Shown: in pieces, positions 63,601 to 64,000 of the stretch
Numbering within the stretch: position 1 is the stretch's first letter
Layout of the letters: each line of letters starts with the position of its first letter
Source: Candidatus Eiseniibacteriota bacterium
GTDB taxonomy: Bacteria > Omnitrophota > Gorgyraeia > 2-02-FULL-51-18
Reading direction: 5' to 3'
DNA: 64,000 nt
NCBI GenBank assembly: GCA_035496715.1
Contig: DATJEK010000095.1
Span: 264 to 64,263, forward strand
The notes under the pieces: generated by a model
The model's database searches: none
The model's input: only the letters and a program-made list of their open reading frames with translations
What the model was told of the DNA's origin: nothing
Made by a program: the position numbers and the translations under genes

Positions 63601-64000
63601 GGGACATCACCGGATTCGCGGGAACCGAGACGACGAGCCCTCCGCGGTCCAGCGCGAGCGCGTGCTCCTTGGCGTTTTTCACGTTCTGGTCGTAAAGGGC
63701 GCGCGCCTTGGCCAGCTCCACCTCGGCGCTCGCCGGCGTGGGCACGATCACGACCTGCACGGTCTTGTTGGGATTGGGCCCGATGAGCTTCAGCTCGTCC
63801 GCGCCCGCTCCGTCGCGGACGTACACGTTGCGGCGTTTCAGCGTCACGTCATCGGGGCTCTCGGTGTCCGCGATCCGGCGCTGGAGGATCTCGATCTGGA
63901 TGCCGAGCTGGTACACCTCCACCAGGGCCTCGTTCCTCGCCTTTCCGGCCGCGGCCGGCACGGCGGCGACGGCCGCTTTGTAATCGGCGCGCTTGGCGAC
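42218..64000 (-). CDS. Giant multidomain membrane protein 2, 5'-truncated at the window edge. At least 7,247 aa are in the window and the frame is still open at 64000
   Basis: The ORF track gives 42218..63961 (its apparent GTG start is a window-edge artefact). Stop is TAA at 42218-42220. Recognisable domains run throughout (below). Confidence 0.85.
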   Translation of the reverse strand, partial: VAKRADYKAAVAAVPAAAGKARNEALVEVYQLGIQIEILQRRIADTESPDDVTLKRRNVYVRDGAGADELKLIGPNPNKTVQVVIVPTPASAEVELAKARALYDQNVKNAKEHALALDRGGLVVSVPANPVMSRIFVRDPVVAKNPPQIAQWEAVIGQKAVELDRLRDTWVQKMRAGEPRGAVEAEIVSREKEFADNTFRYVDAAGTFGPKGTLYVVEFLGGAGEARTEVARNQALVKTAALAGPSQLTGAVIRIRAGVADLSVDPAVVGPAQTKLAERLKEARTEYEKLRADQKTNPTQPADPFNHARRVRDARILELADQIKSGNRYTEGGDTVLVFGGFRGAERELNQFIRRTVSANEEVYFQRDPLGVQTGVAVVWFWDGGEWKRDRIYEPLPVDNLGRSRVKVTDLRSGRVYIDTFDIISVTVGGSAYRETRPLERNTLISTSVIPVPGAADRVVENWTRTVHQAYLPNTAIPSRSVTTAYTKEGDAIREGGMVSERTIRMAKGAPQTVNGSTVYDVRFGPAAGELNNQKRMVANDTVTGEEQITFYPTDGGLTGEAIVRIGPGMFEVRTYLDDKAKGEIVLGNVVGGVHDTGKTLNGGRVYVRVDRFGRFDRAYATDPNGGESASFYLRPQTVNAVPVHGIVVIQGNQTAAILEKRVRDARGYEDDLPVNQTFFFDNQYRPLDRNGAPLEAGKAAPAVGYAVQTKNTFSSFPKEFFPISPTGWRILEEIAPNGAFVRARAVDSQGKERATISQLPDGRYMAEFISDNPTAMTLKGLPIRVTYVAEKSNGVYSLGERAISTTYKYEAPYQVPADADWIVDGNGALPPIVRDLANQIPANQKAEAKTYLHESLTELRRSMAVNGPLTLVVTAVRMENGGTSYTVRVKEDPFARIVLFFSSDRESNVMINTRWNQENATNGYELSKGLVFRIQADPIPVAMTQLVGERALSPALEKQFKGNKMTQMRLPASVVQELRDNGVPVRDDVRLSRITRYLKANGTEFAMDARYVDIDDPLVRTLAVEGSGFVRFIKWQAKDIHAPFGVSPGEIVVDVSRDPNRVIRNTRFREHQQAKGEYVYEVIPSDRAAEQRNPGIVVYNYQTHTVYEVYGVRYNAEGKQYATNTPYPYVQTSRDGIFLNVYNFTGTDYDRRSPTATIYSEFSTRTWVDHKGEYGKKGDIYILISEHILSPEVRGQGASAYLIRNGELVASITSKGQAGISAIHVMNPQNPDDLTLTQMLYDKFYNGVPGWVAGRVGAIDRDKVENLFNQIEKEGTALPVERENDRPQRVSRDYLIWTMNNAWWMGGAALLLMTLFPLYRRLRRSPEAESPEANDAADANRNIFGARLATADPGQRLVMAKELGTGLVLGPHIPEAEREALIRNHYGNVLGFSNDEVDRLVYADQYSRSWRGKLVGFLSSTLHLKRPLQAVGVRIPTYPFDDLERDPHLYPTAPRLTAANAAVDVRMARAKNKYPQALILYDLIDATGGPRLISDAELQSAVTAASDGGRRQGDLLWRWVTKILIEKAQDKVLTAAILRPGMSDAAKKRWVDALPVTPEANTLRYLLDSGILTMAQITALAAGYTSLTTFVEALVSRRFIEPRMTAVMTASYAGQVSPAVQADILQSAQAELLPYLMKNPTLLSQAATGDIVYNPNPINRAVEPVSLNEFILLKLVQRPPSQTGNHSIGQFAAMWPFSMYVVRQANAAIAAGRTPAEVLQTVDDLNGAFGPIVKREFDRYKLVTGRDQWSTAEEMVLTNIDRILRNGALTRAQVLDGVRGALLGRNRRDVLVAQVDAALTAGRSVEDILDVIRRDLDRIQLLDLFIDLDIWDLFESVQIEAEKARRDGRPALTVEQQIAATVGGGVRTPAQLRAIATGADDNEKNNIAAAYKRTTLRLAGIDHPEATAADLSTKRPASVRRIPLLLGLVTAAAGVAIGVFVGGLVVPTLVVAAGLGLLIFAFRPAGIGLRALYGGRLLKPLFSLGKFWGMGTGQKIGFLVTAGLTVAAGAAIILMAPKLLAVGILVILVAPLLLPILWSSMPWNEKFFWGGVIMGASTVYVGGLLVFFLFSGVTVVGAFTLGFLFTVILLALTYPVTVISFYHLAVSLRSYFALNGELWSDTARSLIGWRSLNPFRGLLGAMFSSRVPTSELFSHFMKLAVPLYLLGALGVIFAVIPVGFTLFTVLFVIGGLAVYLVFRSLPRGDLPEFWEGKFGEWLSELRDVEENHRSPIPNGESVAEYLERLVGILERRYLLSQDEAQQWRDALRGSPDGRLVRPRSAKALDLLQMTFFTLSQKKVVPDVWALLQASSTHVQAAGEMFGHTLENCIVLGTFNEIPAVPSDPPGADRRTSLAGYVARTNPAEWENLVGIDSALAHNPSANVRRATVLLRNVNERTNIVELLTTAGLTVSEREVVYRAILGWMNEMRPNNDAVMDSMAQDYVEYHLLAAFETGNLAYQAAVREIAASNTSLAEAHRTLSALPRASLSPGQLVFVDNYARYQAKIDLKLRPIFQDALLWGNFRGSAGGVNLTDVRPLQVAGPPAADTGLIKILTDYANRLPADDPMRRSLLGGPAGLMGPAVTGLINELNEFNPQFVPVTDAARRAKFASMAAWSEAFLAWKEANNERLVRMVELLGRGPDATLVNAADVRERLNTLTQSALTYRKAGQNNVRVAFHNFAADNFLNNYPGKHQGIALNLAEFYGTTVDYDAHVMNEHGQHVFRSTWASMNSRQRQPNLAAINPMMKIWASTSDSFPATKIYAIAQMVWTTDVQRALRGKLLDYGKYMGIPQTIGPFSPPGEDSEGLLMLQRSANRYGVFYTGTQIDWFTYRWGRPSLLAESLVTTEMRYSFNVTRFMMDRGSFAVFYNPNVPASVKLTHIFLWFHYFIAPFALTLLILLPVLSPFSAFAFLKPFFFFVGSSFILMEAINTNNFTRHWRESGSFWQAFYLAGKDLITALPFYVFLIPFFFRGVMLASKEMFSFLRTVKEAFLRSWDDEQRFDELMIFRGIPFFGARGIPLNSLVGFAGVLSWMIAFVMMTPFGPAILLPYLLTSFAFLSGMYSFSAFRDRDGLMSGFRYSPLFVLGKSFFVIRRTFGYVFSTQSGRDRQQRAARARATAGGLQTPELGAVTPANVETLVAARSQALTRADHAGNALGLGPFARPDFRPQTTRQINEWSASSEIRHQIDTGVRVAAARLASAPEAPRSSIVSRAIEEVVARETRAPSRGLVEGARLAPWVDYFTPLLKRSTLVTRQFEQGMDLELIKRIREKSLPRPEPRGVFAPFVRLYRAITRFVTQTTLTGGLGALMFDLVNAWKKNGIDAISINPIYDTIKGQPFIRPEDLPEEVRSGRKSLGDYTREALGKPDPELSFTIRLNIGDDFRAKAKGKSREIVDREIRVQVYRTETPFGTPIYYIDAHFVAEGPQGQVLRPVFDEVYPDADGGNDYSYLWRDVHMGVYALASQTLVKRLQEKKAIKDEVVFVDNEVFVSMPTPLFPDSVRLHINHTVFRPGLYQPDAASFEMLGYPEYQRPYVVQGGKINVVDAVAMDANVLTGVGIYEHLPVLARDILAAHVNKLKGWNQDGMRSTNGALVEHWRAAERRQILSYYKKKLGLPVEAWEDEATDAALAAAFKDPVNAALKDEFTRRSEFVSASYVAQFLVWMRDEQKNGRWLDSTMAGVADAEAVLAEFRKAVAEASASGDDARWADIEARFGQVRDRLLAQPIVSNVRRQVSYKGPDKWIELLEHLKAHPSELEAFRREAGRVVIGGRIFGSEALAMFGRIKGLVEELGLQDQITTIENYNVDEAPVIFQAMAGTVMLSDEFLEASATSMMKAALNFAKYIGVWGGAMPEIFTIHEADPAAPDGLGPVINVFTHNDGKPVTHDQLRQKLNSGEWVMPNGELVEYNDSEKSRERGGGRRPSSVAGRGLLQALKGLKRDYSAPETRRATQYAVWASSYKVDMERSQARAHARLLEEAIAQRNGEKALFASLNPTTVPARQKQTEDLQKVFFNENGFHWANPADPQGRALLESGQERPGFLGFVDSIRWLRTKGYNAYASVEYHANNTTASPDGDIFHFIRQNLLKDGGESLKPFAEEIERLAAEARGADAERKVQLNFMALELVDKLAAQLAWQLLLRYKEGDGDTRESLEEYMHDIRMRENLIRYLDKNTTPLQTTSSNLKAYAAVIDGERMIVSVNWREFIYKSVSATKARATLYPEGVRAVLGPEAFEGTGKPQIYAAYNVISGRTYPPHTLQKLARKGLPLGVTHFQVLRMVPQAADGEFQRVSEIDRDDATRFVEAAINEEFIDGRELPTALLGRRIREIRNSANPAQGFRNFLRQLVRLKPEEAAERFGEAVPAVMALITALYPDYLSVIEDWNPEVFARLNALKPVIGGADFHVHQSQPQTAIVLSKTLAGGRHVTIPFHFANHPVHIDGKAWLAVTDLESLGVRDDFNSRYKVDDFYPDSTHFQVLEIRPAHYAPLSESRRTYDREHPGSHLIKGDPYQQLPPGWHIGVPVSVPAGARLSQTVQTAAWADDADDLWAVVPREADRAKRIPEVTLDLHTRQIVFKTQIRILKSAVKDVEIFRTVSPFYLHYGIEGRDWAFRQAKVDDITDNGTEYVFSVSAGFVPYEAGTQTYQGTFVTTRHIDPSHQGPQWFGGHQIRWQAGEKENGALAATRTTGAQVPAVFDAIERDLDVSNHELLRGVTQADVKEIAQALRDFVDRPTPVVPANAPIFMQKARAYQLLSDIYDQDGREGVLGIPRGWELPIPYYPQEKSLTGANQQKLSEFYWQKVMASLLQYMEAKLAPYAERLYRPIEMEGQGTSKVYEFSTSFRLDLLHILASDLVSRAGSATHPQKVLNFQANLLTGGKRAPAGQKPQPSKARPAYELKISVRESESGGGRVSYKGTYKKFTEQPDGSVREETTAEYTHVYDAESVAELGPDEDPQAKYFLDALRATGFIPDGARNPQNYLKDKQLDMTVELVTNIPPRTGLGGSVMLASFFINGLLRVSGRSEGLTKEELALLGSFLEVRLKSLGGWQDAITWPGLHLLSTIDGDIGTLADQIEKDATLKEREAEILSNIQKHTVLVVTERHEAKDVLGQLIRGYLRRDENYMKNLREGESDVQAAESWLQGLKDGHGGDIRELFRLAERQAAQFNDVVEGFITPEMKTITERLKAKDLIVASKPAGAGHGGVLMLYLKNPSAESRQAVEAEIAQFRSELMARPGKTPGANDYQILDFTPFEQKGVKVGLHESSYYQQVKGARLAAETPSAAAPVVVPSRPSLLERAVRFFGRTFGGFLRPAVLAITLLSFSVLPPSINPFLNQAVAQNVLEDKEGVIRTLKTPKDAVTFIETQSFNRKGRFEYGLPATFHVPAVSGIKFENKDHELIIRRGSGLYDTALAVLILTEQGEQKSAQRILDIYASGRYGDFQLGAYPSRDNKGAFEPFDADVHYIFNFTDATGRWTKEWSFWNVHTGPNAWLAMAASRYIEKYGGVDAPENRAYVALVNKLGKAMLRLQTTEGGVRYGPRSQYNPAAGKNDDTAYYYLNSENNVSAYAAFRTLFNLTKDKAYSDAADKILRFLSEQEVWVQTEGGEWKSQKGMLNPADGTLYMGVFWNQARKRLEIENQFATDSGGTWTLLSLGVEKIDELFGKGASFRMWKSIREKAGRTADYRPAGLKLPLAGLDYTNQIKGRVIDETSALIPPEWNAAIARRGKDAERETDTVLTLMIDRYLNHPTESVTADDIEGLRKDLASVRTRLYTRPNPYAAGPGLGGWRKAEGTGFGWIPPLDERVTAMASMYVFFERDPLAYWRGGDARLDINKPAPKAKPEEKKEPAEKKEPEAKKAEEKPPVVVEETKAEVEKALPVGAAKTSAVVYVIAAVGILGGGTAVYVLLKRHRDAKLEAAETARRSEELNRKVKTPLTSAQEAFKEAVALLPQKKEKDRSVVDLSVEALKGLDSAKRDQIRPLLTRTLLQTAAVITGIASLDQETQGEVAEDLRKARALNDKATRIRQALAQGARLAEERRETALNNPNGLHMGPAGRLVKIAAELRKGGAELSIENVGTGERVGADNTFTVLMLAMEDKTPVAAVVTGDLDAAKLGNAADVVKAYLEDTDAQEDDAKLAPYLVRARDAVAGARLAILNEGGATVTQILPVLLNFTRDFARQLSEVEAASGSARRVIADIDTINRTVNFRRDLTQQLIMRTSETREIAGVIQQLELAGPHVPEELQREYRRALQYASFAQLILNLRLVDYRLEHARLELGDQGPRHREYLRRYLERFQQRANDEIGSFATLLAVYSDSLQEGVPFALPATYRRNLGATIRELRRATEMNRVTSNIGIAPDWLREDLGAIRTSLGIAYRSLRHLPVQPDIATPVSDATAAVRSRAEAAIAQPRGALRFSTFDEFAELREALRYDAELWQEVPVIVTRVEGILNTLEARQTAWNQGNRTRDNLPVEANYLVEFAATGLVRDRFTPDGFVAFRTTAVNPQTAAVRPETQAAFAAAVQAAAAGFPSLRRGHVRTFANHLAEAYAAVQNLVPAQPGVGPDYLIDGLSIRDRGAQVATRRDMLRRVVTRVTTTHPGEAPQAVAALLGLAQTPQERPALRIFAIEAVRDIGAAVQLDPSATQPLVTILNGATDLGVPSNQTADDIRLAAIDAIAGIQSDRVLYFARLSNGLENNQRPLVMRRAAERLTSLAADAVPAESDLWTDVVRGFIGVIAFEGQRVHADTRDAVAELLSTVLAALPRQSVTLPVATTRRARRVIRERADGARLATEVRGGGPSFDVTSSTLLQEPIVLALVSNPAELGEKSRRIAEALKDTRIAARLETDFKFVAVTGAEAFAASASAPVNLLVDESAVNAPDVLEARLADALRLREEKAAEARAVAGEITGRLLETIAFVFENEKGTLDELKLASVAELRRQLAGIALPAAQAVRLEITADGELRALSGAAVISAARPVLIAGQADLGDFEKRFDAALEAPTDAETRVQLIRAGAAANDYLVADNGLELAQKLENLSAAFAAAKQRILERTERALRLDPADLPLENLAGTTVVATHESMLSWDYVRQLNEVNSRIEEMNRRTGQQLAVVNQLVVTNPAFDPALASEETLKRKYIEGDEAAGLPAHPEAAAFPGRLVFRPNLSDLSQLAKADGIYRNPWIMVAREGTDLKLGETGEQERKPLLLQLNAGAKSANGMPYVAVRLRLSDGKTTGVPGLENLGNGIFRWLPPLQKLVDLIKQAAFAIKAVGSAA
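45635..45930 (-). other. HPr-like phosphocarrier domain 2 (NNPNGLHMGPAGRLVKIAAEL...), His6031
   Basis: His codon complement is at 45869-45871. Aligns with HPr (SGIHARPATVLVQTA...GxxITIxAxGxDEx.A). The Arg17-equivalent is replaced by Gly, and the domain is preceded by QGARLAEE. Confidence 0.55.
46290..46525 (-). other. Lys/Pro/Glu-rich low-complexity linker (KPAPKAKPEEKKEPAEKKEPEAKKAEEKPP) plus a single TM helix (SAVVYVIAAVGILGGGTAVYVLL)
   Basis: Plus-strand 46441-46500 is a run of ttc/ttt/ctt/cgg-type codons complementary to the K/E/P codons. A hydrophobic 23-mer follows. Confidence 0.55.
46595..47975 (-). other. Single TM helix (LRPAVLAITLLSFSVL) followed by an (alpha/alpha)6-barrel glycoside hydrolase/epimerase-like domain (WSFWNVHTGPNAWLAMAA)
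   Basis: The GPNAWLAMA-type motif at ~47540-47600 is typical of six-hairpin glycosidases. Fold assignment is tentative. Confidence 0.35.
48170..49325 (-). other. GHMP-family sugar kinase domain (PPRTGLGGSVMLASFF ... KPAGAGHGGVLMLYL)
   Basis: GHMP motif II PxGSGLGSSAA-like, with Met4989 at 48995-48997. The C-terminal glycine-rich motif III lies about 230 aa downstream. Confidence 0.6.
52200..54160 (-). other. GT35 alpha-glucan (glycogen/maltodextrin) phosphorylase catalytic core
   Basis: The N-terminal TGGLGALMFDLVNAWKKNGIDAISINPIY matches GGLGxLAGDxLKSAxDLGxPxVGVGL. The PLP-lysine block EASATSMMKAALNF matches EASGTSGMKAAxNG. The Lys is at 52499-52501 (aa 3821) and the GGLG Met3296 at 54074-54076. 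Their separation of about 530 aa equals the GGLG-to-PLP-Lys distance in E. coli MalP. Confidence 0.7.
54680..55430 (-). other. Transmembrane cluster 2 of giant protein 2 (about 6-7 helices, ORF aa ~2850-3090)
   Basis: IFLWFHYFIAPFALTLLILLPVL ... LITALPFYVFLIPFFF ... LVGFAGVLSWMIAFVMMTPFGPAILLPYLL. Trp2925 is at 55187-55189. Confidence 0.6.
57380..58370 (-). other. Transmembrane cluster 1 of giant protein 2 (about 8-10 helices, ORF aa ~1870-2190)
   Basis: Long run of hydrophobic helices (LLLGLVTAAAGVAIGVFVGGLVV ... ILWSSMPWNEKFFWGGVIMG ... VLFVIGGLAVYLVF). Met2029 is at 57875-57877. Confidence 0.6.

Noticed and set aside
1-64000. CRISPR arrays, tRNA/rRNA genes, IS elements and integrases
   Set aside because: No direct-repeat/spacer periodicity, no cloverleaf-compatible or rRNA-like segments, and no transposase or integrase motifs recognised in any frame.

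Overview
This window is roughly 70% GC by eye, and essentially the whole minus strand is coding. There are no rRNA, tRNA, CRISPR or mobile-element signatures.

Layout, left to right:
- A partial ExbD/TolR-like gene (1-120, minus) whose ATG overlaps the stop of the next gene in an ATGA motif.
- A MotA/TolQ/ExbB proton-channel gene (117-836, minus).
- A 91-bp gap.
- One uninterrupted 40,965-nt ORF (928-41892, minus) of 13,654 aa.
- A 325-bp AT-rich intergenic island (41893-42217).
- The 3' 21.8 kb of a second giant ORF (42218 to the window edge, minus), more than 7,247 aa and 5'-truncated.

Both giant proteins are membrane-spanning mosaics of recognisable enzyme modules. I assigned modules by reading catalytic motifs in the translation and anchoring each to nucleotide coordinates by reverse-complement lookup.

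Giant gene 1 modules:
- N-terminal signal peptide
- three class-I SAM methyltransferase domains
- an HPr-like phosphocarrier domain (GLHMRP)
- an alpha/beta-hydrolase (GFSFGG)
- two tandem LOG/TIGR00730-like Rossmann domains
- a GH13-like TIM barrel (GVGEFRIDLGH)
- a ~7-helix transmembrane cluster
- a complete SecA-type DEAD motor domain (SEGKTL ... EEADTPLL ... TRAGRRGRPG)
- tandem ~75-aa repeats
- a CDA/TadA-type deaminase (HAE ... PCAKC)
- an HD-repeat metal-binding stretch
- a histidine phosphatase (RHGES ... SHG)
- an HD phosphohydrolase domain

Giant gene 2 modules:
- a beta-rich N-terminal region
- two multi-helix transmembrane clusters
- a GT35 alpha-glucan phosphorylase core (GGLG ... 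EASATSMMKAALN)
- a GHMP sugar kinase
- an (alpha/alpha)6 glycosidase-like domain
- a KPE-rich linker plus a single TM helix
- a second HPr-like domain
- a HEAT-like C-terminus

The pentapeptide G-A-R-L-[A/S] recurs about 30 times in gene 1 and about 7 times in gene 2. It falls almost exclusively at module boundaries, which is far above what composition predicts.

All long plus-strand ORFs (up to 4,725 aa) are Arg/Gly/Pro-rich antisense shadows and are rejected.

The architecture resembles the giant genes reported in some uncultivated lineages such as Omnitrophota. Taxon cannot be assigned from sequence alone. The SecA-in-cis module, the GARL boundary motif and the HPr-plus-phosphorylase fusion do not match any described system I know.
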